The notes beneath the pieces are model-generated. The model did not search any database. It was not told where the DNA came from and saw only the letters and a program-made list of their open reading frames with translations. From positions 32,001 to 96,000 of IMG/VR virus record IMGVR_UViG_3300026549_000895: a DNA stretch of 64,000 bases. One strand, 5' to 3'. Shown piece by piece: positions 1 through 8,797 of this stretch. Source of the stretch: a virus. Its lineage: Duplodnaviria > Caudoviricetes. How positions within the stretch are numbered: position 1 is the first letter of the stretch; every line of letters begins with the position of its first letter. A program made the position numbers and the translations under genes.

Positions 1-443
1 ATAGTACAAATAGCCATTGCATGATTATACATGATATTGGTATATACTTTCATAACCTCTTGATTTACTTCAGGCGGTAAGTAAGGAATATCTTCACATT
101 CATTCAGCGGCGGTGGCAAGTTCTTGATGAATGCTCGTCTCACATCTTTATACCCCATAATCGAACAATGTATGTTTTCACATTTGGTGATTATGTCCGT
201 TCCTGACAAGATTTCAGATGGCTTGGCAAATCTGTGATTTACATATACGCGCATATACTCATGTAACTGATTATTCAGCATTATCATTAAATCATCAAAT
301 TCTGGCGCATTATAATTAGCATCTCTTAACATAGACTCAATGTTCCTTACTATTTGCAATGTGCCTCTGACAATCCTCAAGAATGAGTCAAGGTCTCTCT
401 TGTCTTGTCGTCGATGAATCAATCGTTTTAACTTGTTTGACAT
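1..443 (-). CDS. hypothetical protein (runs off window start)
   Basis: ATG at 443 preceded by GAAAGGATGTGA SD; open frame MSNKLKRLIHRRQ... to the window edge; absent from ORF track because truncated. Confidence 0.6.
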   Translation of the reverse strand, partial: MSNKLKRLIHRRQDKRDLDSFLRIVRGTLQIVRNIESMLRDANYNAPEFDDLMIMLNNQLHEYMRVYVNHRFAKPSEILSGTDIITKCENIHCSIMGYKDVRRAFIKNLPPPLNECEDIPYLPPEVNQEVMKVYTNIMYNHAMAICT

Positions 444-479
444 ATTATCACATCCTTTCGTCTTAGCAATATATATACG

Positions 480-1550
480 TCAAATCTCTATTATCCTGAG
501 AAAAACTGTGTTCTTTATTAATGAATATCTATATCTAATATCTAACGATATATTCTGATCATAAACAAATGTGGTATCTCTAAATCTATGGAAAACTGCA
601 TCTTCCACTGATATCATATTCGCTGGATTTACATTTGTCCCAGCATACAATTTTGACGTCTGTTCATATGTTATATTGAACCTTTGAACCAATTGACAGT
701 TATGCATTCTGAATAATGGTATGTCACCAACGTTGTTGTCAAGAGTCATAATCGTTCCAGTATGAAAATTACTTTCACCAGGTTGATTTCCTTTATAAGA
801 CATTGAAGATCTTTTATCTGTAATAATAAACTTTTGGTTTTTCTTCAATGGGGAATTGCGTTGTTTATCATTTACTTCTTTGAGAATAACTGGATTGTTG
901 GTTATGTGCTGAGTCATGTCCATACGTCCATAACTTCTTTTAGCTAACTTTATTTTTGTTATTCCACATTTAAATCTCTTTTCTATTCCACGAGATTCAA
1001 CACCGTACAATCTTCGTGAATAAGCAGTCATCCAATTTTGTTTGGATAATGAATCTGTTATTGTTGGATATACAGAGAATGGAAAACCTCCAACATCAAA
1101 CGGATCTGAAACAACAAAGACTTTGCAAGTTACCTGTTTCAGAATCTCATCAAGATACTCATATTCAATCAGCTGAGCATTGTTAATTACGATTACATCA
1201 ACTCCAAAGAATTTTTCTTTATCAAGAACCTTTGAAACATACTGTTGTACAGGATCAAAATTAGGAGCAAATGTATCTGTAGATGATAGAGTTATTAAAT
1301 CAAAAAACAAGTCTCGATAATAAAGATATCGAATAGGTTTATTTCTGTTCAAAACGACATTGTCTTGACACCCATCTATGAACATAATTTCTTTAGTTGC
1401 ATCCTGAGCAAGTAATGCAGCTCGTGCAACATATCTGAATATGTCTGTTCCAACAATTCCACCACAATAGAAAACTTGTTCATTATCATTACAAGCGAAA
1501 TCTTGTAAATTTTCAATCATTTCAGGTATCTCAATTATGTTATATTTCAT
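480..1550 (-). CDS. RecD/Dda-like SF1B helicase homolog with degenerate motifs
   Basis: Start moved to ATG 1550 (GGATGTGA SD). Motif order fits SF1B: CGGIVGTDI (Walker A-like), DVIVINNAQL (Walker B-like), VVSDPFDV (III), ANMISVEDAVFHRF (V-like). Confidence 0.5.
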   Translation of the reverse strand: MKYNIIEIPEMIENLQDFACNDNEQVFYCGGIVGTDIFRYVARAALLAQDATKEIMFIDGCQDNVVLNRNKPIRYLYYRDLFFDLITLSSTDTFAPNFDPVQQYVSKVLDKEKFFGVDVIVINNAQLIEYEYLDEILKQVTCKVFVVSDPFDVGGFPFSVYPTITDSLSKQNWMTAYSRRLYGVESRGIEKRFKCGITKIKLAKRSYGRMDMTQHITNNPVILKEVNDKQRNSPLKKNQKFIITDKRSSMSYKGNQPGESNFHTGTIMTLDNNVGDIPLFRMHNCQLVQRFNITYEQTSKLYAGTNVNPANMISVEDAVFHRFRDTTFVYDQNISLDIRYRYSLIKNTVFLRIIEI

Positions 1551-1589
1551 ATAATCACATCCATTTGGGAAGAAAGTTTTAAGTTGGGT

Positions 1590-1607
1590 CGGGGGCTTTC
1601 GCCCCCG
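1590..1607 (-). terminator. GC hairpin, probable intrinsic terminator
   Basis: CGGGGGC-TTTC-GCCCCCG just downstream of the 1636..2268 gene. Confidence 0.6.
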
Positions 1608-1635
1608 CACCTTCTACATTGGGAGTAGTTAATGA

Positions 1636-2268
1636 TTAAAGATTGTAAAGCACATCGAGTGAAACAGGCTGACGTGTTTCTCCTTCATGGCTGATTACAG
1701 GGAACCACATGAAGTCGTTCTCATCATGTCCGAATACATTGGAATACGGAATACAGAAGTCTCCGTCAATCTTTCCTGTTGCAGGATCCTCGAGCATCTG
1801 CTCAATAATCTTCTCAGGACGAAGGAAACCGATGTGATATGGATAACCGTCTACAGGATTGATCTCTGTAAACTTGATGATTGCGTCGAGTGCACGCATA
1901 TCGATTCCTCTCTCCCACAGCTGAGCCAGAACCTCATAAGACTGCTTTGCCTGAGCAATGTTCTTCGGGAACATGAAAGGCCTGAGAAGATTAATTACAT
2001 CCTTATCATAATCACGGAACATACTCTCCTGAGCAAGCAGCTTATCTACAGCATTCTTAGGATTCTGATTTATCAGAATATTCTTAGAATGAATGGAGAT
2101 TCTGATTACTGCATATGAGCCAACGCCGTTTGGTGAATTCCACTTACGAACATCGAGTCCGTGAAGTTTGAATCCGAGTACATCATCCTCGAGATATCTC
2201 CTGATGTCAGCACATGTGATAGGATAAATATCCTTTTTGATTCTTTCGATATTTGCACGATTTGCCAT
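1636..2268 (-). CDS. hypothetical protein, probably highly expressed
   Basis: AAGGAGG SD; strong CTC/ATC/TTC/AAG codon bias; followed by hairpin. Confidence 0.75.
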   Translation of the reverse strand: MANRANIERIKKDIYPITCADIRRYLEDDVLGFKLHGLDVRKWNSPNGVGSYAVIRISIHSKNILINQNPKNAVDKLLAQESMFRDYDKDVINLLRPFMFPKNIAQAKQSYEVLAQLWERGIDMRALDAIIKFTEINPVDGYPYHIGFLRPEKIIEQMLEDPATGKIDGDFCIPYSNVFGHDENDFMWFPVISHEGETRQPVSLDVLYNL

Positions 2269-2291
2269 GGAATAAATCCTCCTTATGAAAT

Positions 2292-2663
2292 TTATATTTG
2301 TAATATGATGTAGATGGCGAGCACTTTAATAATATTCTTTTGCTGTGCTGACAGTTCATCATATTTTACACCGTATATTCCGGATGAAAGACGGTTAATC
2401 AATTCATCCGGAATTTCATCATCTACCGTTTTCTTATGAAGCTCAGCACTGAGTTCATCTTCGGTAAAGTTCTCAAGATATGCAGTGACATATGTGACTT
2501 TCATATTACCAAGTCTATTTTTCTTGGCTGATAAATCATTGATAATATTACTTGTAATAGACAGTATTTTCGGATTTGTTATCATTGTCGAATCCGTTGT
2601 TGGAGATACTTCCATATCAAGTGTGATATTATCACAGAACTGCTGGAAAGTCATGTCCTTCAT
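2292..2663 (-). CDS. hypothetical protein
   Basis: 123-aa ORF, ATGA overlap with upstream gene, GGAGG upstream. Confidence 0.7.
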   Translation of the reverse strand: MKDMTFQQFCDNITLDMEVSPTTDSTMITNPKILSITSNIINDLSAKKNRLGNMKVTYVTAYLENFTEDELSAELHKKTVDDEIPDELINRLSSGIYGVKYDELSAQQKNIIKVLAIYIILQI

Positions 2664-3235
2664 CTATATCCGCCTCCATATCCAAAGCCATCATCAGGAA
2701 ATGCATAATTCCTTTCGTCATATTCAGAACGATAAGGATTCTGCTGTTGTGGTTGTGCCTGATACTGTGACTGTGAAGAATATCCTCCCATACCATATGA
2801 CGCAGAAGAGTTTCCGCCATTTGTATTATAATTTACAGCATTATTCACTCTGCGTGTCTGTTGCTGAGGTGCATATCCACCATTACGATACGCCGGCGCT
2901 GATCTCTGCTGAGATCTGTTGCTGTACGGAACCGGATCACTTGCATATCCATATCCATAAGAATAAGGATTGGTATTCTGCGGTCTATTATTGTATCCGC
3001 GATTTGGTCCTGCCTGATAAGGCTCTGATGCATAACCAACATCATTTCTACGTGAAGTTGGATCGCATGACTGTGCACTTCTCTGAGATCTCCTGTTATC
3101 ACTAACTGGAGTATCGAACAAAGAATCCATATCAGGTGATTCTACTCTTCTGGCTTCAGATGCCATGTCAATACCAGCTTTCGCCATGCCTGACAGAAGA
3201 TCAAATACCTGATCAGCTGAAATGTTTCTGTCCAT
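2660..3235 (-). CDS. low-complexity Y/G/S/Q/N-rich disordered protein
   Basis: AAGGAGTGA SD; YGYGY, SYGMGGYSS, QQQQNPY segments. Confidence 0.7.
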   Translation of the reverse strand: MDRNISADQVFDLLSGMAKAGIDMASEARRVESPDMDSLFDTPVSDNRRSQRSAQSCDPTSRRNDVGYASEPYQAGPNRGYNNRPQNTNPYSYGYGYASDPVPYSNRSQQRSAPAYRNGGYAPQQQTRRVNNAVNYNTNGGNSSASYGMGGYSSQSQYQAQPQQQNPYRSEYDERNYAFPDDGFGYGGGYR

Positions 3236-3324
3236 TGTGTATCACTCCTTTAAATATTAAATTTATATTTCATCATTCTTCGATTAATGATAATCATAAG
3301 TTATCCTCTCTGAATGATTAAATA

Positions 3325-4185
3325 TCATATTACATTTCCAACATAATTCTCAGGAATATATGTTGTTTCTGTTCCATTCTCGAGTTCTTTACGACGTCTA
3401 TTGATATCGTAATCTATCTCGGGAGTTGTTACTCGGGAATATCCATGATCTTCTTCCCAGATATATTTGTCAAGGCTTTCGATATAATCATCTGACCACA
3501 TATCTCGTTCTTTATCAACAAGAAGGTCCTTGTACGCTCTGGAAGCATCAGATTCTTCCTTTGTATAACCATATGCATCTACATATTGATTATTATTCCA
3601 ATAATCATTTTGTGGATAAGATGAGAGCACAGGCTGGTCATATGATGAGAATGGATTCAGATTTGCATATGGAGGATGATGGTGTAATATATTTTCATCC
3701 ACTAAAGGTGTGTCATCATACCTTCTTCCAAACATATCAAATCTATGGTTGGATAAATCCGGATTGAACATCGGTCCATAAAGAGTTCCATATCCATGAT
3801 AAGGATCTGAATAGATATCATAATTCTGATATCTCGGATCATTTATAATATCAGGATTTACGCGATAAAGATTCTTTAAGAAAGCTGCTGAATCACTAAC
3901 CTTTACCTGTGTCGGAGGATAAGATGTATATCCATATCCGTATGATTCATTGTTATACGTATACGGATTTCTTTCCGGAGTCGGAGCCGGATCAAGAGGC
4001 GTTGGTCCTCTCGAATCATTCATTATTCCATCTCTATTTGTGATGGGTTCGTACGTATGAGAATCTATAACAGTCCACTCACGTGTGAATATCTTAAATA
4101 TTCCACCAAAGATTCCCTTGAAGATTGCTTTAATTCCTCTGCCTATGAAACAGAAGAAATTACCTATAGCATTAAAAAATCCCAT
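3325..4185 (-). CDS. hypothetical protein with N-terminal amphipathic helix and Tyr/Pro/Asp-rich region
   Basis: GAAAGGA SD; MGFFNAIGNFFCFIGRGIKAIFKGIFGGIFKIF; YGYGY motifs. Confidence 0.7.
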   Translation of the reverse strand: MGFFNAIGNFFCFIGRGIKAIFKGIFGGIFKIFTREWTVIDSHTYEPITNRDGIMNDSRGPTPLDPAPTPERNPYTYNNESYGYGYTSYPPTQVKVSDSAAFLKNLYRVNPDIINDPRYQNYDIYSDPYHGYGTLYGPMFNPDLSNHRFDMFGRRYDDTPLVDENILHHHPPYANLNPFSSYDQPVLSSYPQNDYWNNNQYVDAYGYTKEESDASRAYKDLLVDKERDMWSDDYIESLDKYIWEEDHGYSRVTTPEIDYDINRRRKELENGTETTYIPENYVGNVI

Positions 4186-4253
4186 GAGATTATATTCCTT
4201 TCTATTTAATTTATCAATATTGATTTTATTAAATGAGACAATTCCTTATCCCA

Positions 4254-4277
4254 TCCATCTAAAGTATATACATATAT
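4254..4277 (-). promoter_or_regulatory. candidate early phage promoter (TATAT..ATG motif)
   Basis: ATGTATATACTTTAGATGG, variant of a motif recurring upstream of 8 genes. Confidence 0.4.
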
Positions 4278-4286
4278 AAAATATAT

Positions 4287-4314
4287 TATTCCCCGGGATT
4301 AACCCGGGGAATAT
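4287..4314 (-). terminator. intrinsic terminator hairpin
   Basis: TATTCCCCGGG-ATTAA-CCCGGGGAATA. Confidence 0.7.
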
Positions 4315-4335
4315 TTAACATACTTTCTTTTGTTT

Positions 4336-5250
4336 TTATTCATTATTTAATTTAGACACGGCAAAATCCGAAGTCTTTTTATATGTTGATTTGATATATT
4401 GAGAAGCCGGAGCATGATAAACATCAATTTGATATACTTTATATTCTTCATTGTCATCAAATATGTGGATGTCCATTATGTTGGTTTCATCCTGAGATAG
4501 GAATATGAACAAATCATCATTCTGTTCTGGTGCATCCTGAGAGTCCATCAATTCACAAGGAATTAGTAATCTTGATACTGCTTCGGATACTTTCTCACAC
4601 AATACACAATCAGGATGAAAACTGATAAGAGTTTTCATTATTTCTGACGGATTGCTATTCTCGCTACTTTCACTTACTAACATATCAACGAAGTTGGTAT
4701 GTAAACCTATACTCAAGCATTTCTGGATATTTTGTTTTTCCATATCTCGAGCAAAAGCCTCAGCGTCAAAGTCTGCGTTCTCATCAAGTCCGACAGTATT
4801 AAAGGCTTCTCCTTTTGGAGTAGTTAACCTTATGAATTCATTCGCAACCTTTTCGATGCTCGTGATGATTGAAGGTATTTCTTTTCTCATTATAGGTTGA
4901 GTTAATTCATAGATTGTCGCGATTGCTTCTGCAACTGAAACTTGAACATTGCATGTCCATCTTTTACCTTCATCAAGATATCTGGACAAGCAATTACGGT
5001 TTTCTGTCATTCTGTAAATTGAATTTCTGACATACTTGAAAGCTATCATTTCTTTTAATGTCATTTTGATTCCCACGCTGAAAAATACCTTCTCTTCAAG
5101 CATTGGACATCTCTGTTGCATCTCCAATATTTTCTGAAGATTCTTTATAGGGTCTTTAAATAATGGATATAAATCATGTGTGGTTATTATTTTTAAACCT
5201 TCGCCTGGAACTGAAATGATTCCATCTTTAACGAGACCTTTAACTTCCAT
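4336..5250 (-). CDS. hypothetical protein
   Basis: Long ORF; ATG 5250 downstream of AAAAGGAGTG SD. Confidence 0.7.
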   Translation of the reverse strand: MEVKGLVKDGIISVPGEGLKIITTHDLYPLFKDPIKNLQKILEMQQRCPMLEEKVFFSVGIKMTLKEMIAFKYVRNSIYRMTENRNCLSRYLDEGKRWTCNVQVSVAEAIATIYELTQPIMRKEIPSIITSIEKVANEFIRLTTPKGEAFNTVGLDENADFDAEAFARDMEKQNIQKCLSIGLHTNFVDMLVSESSENSNPSEIMKTLISFHPDCVLCEKVSEAVSRLLIPCELMDSQDAPEQNDDLFIFLSQDETNIMDIHIFDDNEEYKVYQIDVYHAPASQYIKSTYKKTSDFAVSKLNNE

Positions 5251-5316
5251 AATTTTATACACTCCTTTTATTATTTGACGAATTCATAATCCCAAATACA
5301 TACTCGTATGGGTTGA

Positions 5317-5340
5317 TTTCATATTAAATATGTATATACA
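5317..5340 (-). promoter_or_regulatory. candidate early phage promoter
   Basis: TATATACATATTTAATATGAAA on minus strand. Confidence 0.45.
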
Positions 5341-5373
5341 AAATAATTTTCTTTATAGAAAGGAGAAAAAATA

Positions 5374-7164
5374 ATGGCGAAGAATAAGTATATTCTCCCG
5401 GGTGTTGGGGAACAGATTGAATCTGAAGATGGTACTAACAGCATGTACCAATCCACACCTTTATTACACGATTATTCAACTCGCTTATTTGGAGCTCCAC
5501 CACAATTAACTCGTTTAAATGATATGAGACTTCTTTCTTCAACAGAAGATTCCGAAGGTGCTGTTGGAGATTATTATTTGGAAAGAGTTCTTCGTACTGC
5601 TCAGGTTGCAAACTTCTGTGTTGGTAGAGCAATCTTCACAGGTGGTATGTCATCACTTGCAAACGTTATCAGAGTATGTGGTCAATATGCATATGCTTTA
5701 TCCAAGTATGACATTTATGGTCAAAACGGTGCTGCCAAAACTGGAGGTGCTGCAAAAGCTGCTCAACAAATGAATTCTTTACAGGCATATCAAAATGCTT
5801 TAAATGCCGACGATAATTTCAAAACAACATTCAAATTCACAACGTCGGGTTCTAAATTGGGACTTGATGTTGATGAGGGTGCTGGTGTATATGATATCTC
5901 CGGAATAGGAGCCGATTCATTTATCAAGTCAATCGCTGACAGTATAGACAGTGGTAGTGGTGGAGGAGCAGCCTGGAGTTCTGGTGATGGTAAAGTTACT
6001 GGAACAATCATGTCCGCATTGTTAACTTCATTCTCCGTTCAACAGCCATTCTACACATTCTCTTCTGACTGGTCAACATATATCAACAATGTTAAGATGA
6101 TGATAAACACCGCAGTTATTATGCTCGGTTTACAGAACGCATGTGTTCGAATAGGTGATTACTATTATCCCATTGCATTGAATGTAAAAGAAACCAAGGA
6201 AGATGATTGTTGGGCTAACTACAGATATATTACGCCAACTGCTCAACTGGGTGATGTAACTGCAGCAGATGGACAAAAAGGAGACACTCAACAATATGTT
6301 TCCTTCATGGTAAACAACCCTACTGGTATTCAAGAATCATACACAAATAGTGTTGGGGATTCAATGATATATTCTAACTTCATCAATCAGGGTACACAAT
6401 ACGGAAATGAAATTGCATTCATCACAAATTCATCTGTAAATAAAATTGATGATTCGGTAATAAACCTGATGGGAAAAGCTACAAACGTTGCTGAAAGTAT
6501 TCTGTCAAGTTTGTCTGGAGGTGCCGGTAGATTCACTGCAGCTATACTCGGTTCAATGTCTCGTTCATTTACAGGTGATCATACAATCTATCCCCAAGTA
6601 TTCCAGAGTCATACAACTCAATCATCTGTAACTATTCCGATTACATTAACAGCTTCAAACGGAGGAGCATATGCTTATCTGACTGAGATACTTGTTCCTA
6701 TGTTCTTCTTAATGGGTATGGCATTGCCTCGCTTATCAAAAAATAATGCTGCGGCATATGCATATCCTCCCGTTGTACAATGTTCAATTCCTGGCACATG
6801 GGGAACTCGTCTGGGAATGGTAACTCAGTTATCTATTAATAAGAATCCAAATGGTGATACTCGTTCTATTAATGGATGGCCTACTCAAGTTACCATTTCT
6901 CTCACAGTAACAGATTTAGAGCATACATTAGTTACTTCACCAATGAATGAAGTTGCTACATTCTTGAACAACAATACGATGTTCGATTACATTGCTCAAT
7001 GTGCCGCTGTTGACAAGTACAGAGTAAATGGTGCTGTTAGACTTGTTTCAAAGTTAACACTTGCATCTTCTGCTATGAACAACTTCCTCCAGAATCTCGG
7101 AGATGGTATTGCAACAGACTGGCATATGCTCGGAAACAGAATCACTGGAAATTATCTCGTATAA
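5374..7164 (+). CDS. virion structural protein, possibly baseplate/tail-tube-cap (T4 gp48/gp54-like C-terminus)
   Basis: GAAAGGAG SD; Gly/Ser/Thr-rich; C-terminal YPPVVQC...LGMVTQLSINK...GWPTQVTISLTVTDL resembles tube-cap/initiator folds. Confidence 0.5.
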   Translation: MAKNKYILPGVGEQIESEDGTNSMYQSTPLLHDYSTRLFGAPPQLTRLNDMRLLSSTEDSEGAVGDYYLERVLRTAQVANFCVGRAIFTGGMSSLANVIRVCGQYAYALSKYDIYGQNGAAKTGGAAKAAQQMNSLQAYQNALNADDNFKTTFKFTTSGSKLGLDVDEGAGVYDISGIGADSFIKSIADSIDSGSGGGAAWSSGDGKVTGTIMSALLTSFSVQQPFYTFSSDWSTYINNVKMMINTAVIMLGLQNACVRIGDYYYPIALNVKETKEDDCWANYRYITPTAQLGDVTAADGQKGDTQQYVSFMVNNPTGIQESYTNSVGDSMIYSNFINQGTQYGNEIAFITNSSVNKIDDSVINLMGKATNVAESILSSLSGGAGRFTAAILGSMSRSFTGDHTIYPQVFQSHTTQSSVTIPITLTASNGGAYAYLTEILVPMFFLMGMALPRLSKNNAAAYAYPPVVQCSIPGTWGTRLGMVTQLSINKNPNGDTRSINGWPTQVTISLTVTDLEHTLVTSPMNEVATFLNNNTMFDYIAQCAAVDKYRVNGAVRLVSKLTLASSAMNNFLQNLGDGIATDWHMLGNRITGNYLV

Positions 7165-7175
7165 AAGAAAAAAGA

Positions 7176-7199
7176 AAACCCCGCCAATCGGCGGGGTTT
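7176..7199. terminator. bidirectional terminator between convergent genes
   Basis: AAACCCCGCC-AATC-GGCGGGGTTT flanked by A/T runs. Confidence 0.75.
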
Positions 7200-7202
7200 C
7201 TC

Positions 7203-7580
7203 TTACCATTCATAATTCGAATGGTAGCATCTTGCATCTGGTCGCATGATAATGAGCTGCTGGCCAGCGCCAGGCCACTCTCCGACTTTTACTTTCCAAC
7301 CGAAACTTTTGATTCTTTCGACTGCCTTCATTGAAAGATCATCACCTTTTATAAAGTCAATGTTCGGTTTTCTGCAACCAAACCACGGATCGATGAATTC
7401 GCTTTTCGGCTTTTCATATCGATAGCAAAGATAGGTTGCAATTTTCTTTGGGTCATTCCAATGCTTCTCGAGTTTGTGTTCAAAGAATTTATCATGGTCG
7501 CACATTAACTTCAGTGCATCACCAAATGATCTGAACGCGTTGATCATATGCATTGTATCTGTAGTAGTGTTGTTATTCAT
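7203..7580 (-). CDS. hypothetical protein (own promoter)
   Basis: AAGGAGG SD; 125 aa. Confidence 0.65.
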   Translation of the reverse strand: MNNNTTTDTMHMINAFRSFGDALKLMCDHDKFFEHKLEKHWNDPKKIATYLCYRYEKPKSEFIDPWFGCRKPNIDFIKGDDLSMKAVERIKSFGWKVKVGEWPGAGQQLIIMRPDARCYHSNYEW

Positions 7581-7732
7581 ATTTTAGCCCCTCCTTAAGG
7601 CTCATGGTCTTATTGTGGTAGACCAAACCATTTTAGATATTTGGATGTTCATCCCGGTTATACATCTACCACCAAGGTTATTACCCCGGTAGGACTCATC
7701 CCGTAGATGATGATATAAGTATTTATTCTTAT

Positions 7733-7755
7733 ATCATATTAATAATATATATTTA
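7733..7755 (-). promoter_or_regulatory. candidate early phage promoter
   Basis: AAATATATATTATTAATATGATA on minus strand; core identical to the copy at 29925. Confidence 0.55.
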
Positions 7756-7796
7756 AAAAGGCAAAAAATTTATTCTTCTTTTTGTTAGCATAGATA

Positions 7797-7820
7797 ATTC
7801 CCCTCCATACGGAGGGGAAT
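7797..7820 (-). terminator. intrinsic terminator hairpin
   Basis: ATTCCCCTCC-ATAC-GGAGGGGAAT. Confidence 0.7.
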
Positions 7821-7829
7821 ATAATCTAC

Positions 7830-8369
7830 TTAGCTTCGTAATTCGTTTAAAGCACTCAATGACAAATTGACAACATCAAGAGTCTTTAAGGTTTCATACA
7901 TTGCAACAGCATCTTCAAGAGGAATAACAATACGAGCTCCTCTGCCATCATCCAATTCCATTCCTGGAAATGTTTCCTGAGATGGAGAAACATATAAGGC
8001 TGGTAAAATTGTGATATTCATTGAAGACTGAGCTTTCTCAGCTTTGAATCTTTCAAGAACTCTTTCAGACATTTCGAAATCTGGTGAACCAACATTCGGA
8101 AATAATTCAAATAGATTTTCCGATATTAATTTTATCGAATTCTTTAATAATGCTTTGAAAGCTCCGAACTGTCTATCAGTAACGAAGAATCCTTTTTCTC
8201 CAGATCCCGCATTTATTGATAATGCATATGAAAGATTAATAGCTCCCCAATTTTTACCAGATCTATATGTTCTATATTTTGACTCTGGATCATCAATGTA
8301 TGTATAAACAAACTGACATTCCAATTTCCTACATATAAATCCATTGTAAATATTGATATAAACCTTCAT
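7830..8369 (-). CDS. hypothetical protein downstream of RNAP beta-N gene
   Basis: 179-aa ORF, GGAG SD, co-oriented with RNAP gene. Confidence 0.7.
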   Translation of the reverse strand: MKVYINIYNGFICRKLECQFVYTYIDDPESKYRTYRSGKNWGAINLSYALSINAGSGEKGFFVTDRQFGAFKALLKNSIKLISENLFELFPNVGSPDFEMSERVLERFKAEKAQSSMNITILPALYVSPSQETFPGMELDDGRGARIVIPLEDAVAMYETLKTLDVVNLSLSALNELRS

Positions 8370-8383
8370 TCCAATTCTCCAAT

Positions 8384-8797
8384 TTACTTATTTCTCTTCT
8401 GAGCTTTACGCTTCTTTTCCTGAGCTTTCTCCTCAAGCTCATCTTGTGTGGTTACAGATATCTCCTTAGGTACCTTGTAATTCAAGTTGATATAAGCATG
8501 TGTAACCATGTTATCGAGAATAAGATTGAATTCTTTGATATTGGTAGCATTGAATCTGACGGATCTTGCATTAGGAAATTCTTCATTAATGAACTTATAA
8601 AGTTCGAATTTGATAGATGGATATTTGTTTACATCCGAATGGTTCATCTCGTAAAGATTTGCATATGGAGAAATCATACCAGTCTGACCAACATCCTTCG
8701 ATGTTGCATATACATCAATCTTTCCGAGCATGGAAGGTGTAAGTTGCTTGTGAGCATGTGAGATCTTGTGCTTGTCATTATGTCCAAGTGAATTTGG
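8384..8797 (-). CDS. RNA polymerase beta subunit N-terminal half, exon 2
   Basis: PNSLG...TPSMLGKIDVYATSKDVGQTGMISP corresponds to bacterial beta [22 protein letters not shown]; joins in frame to exon 1. Confidence 0.8.
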   Translation of the reverse strand, partial: PNSLGHNDKHKISHAHKQLTPSMLGKIDVYATSKDVGQTGMISPYANLYEMNHSDVNKYPSIKFELYKFINEEFPNARSVRFNATNIKEFNLILDNMVTHAYINLNYKVPKEISVTTQDELEEKAQEKKRKAQKRNK

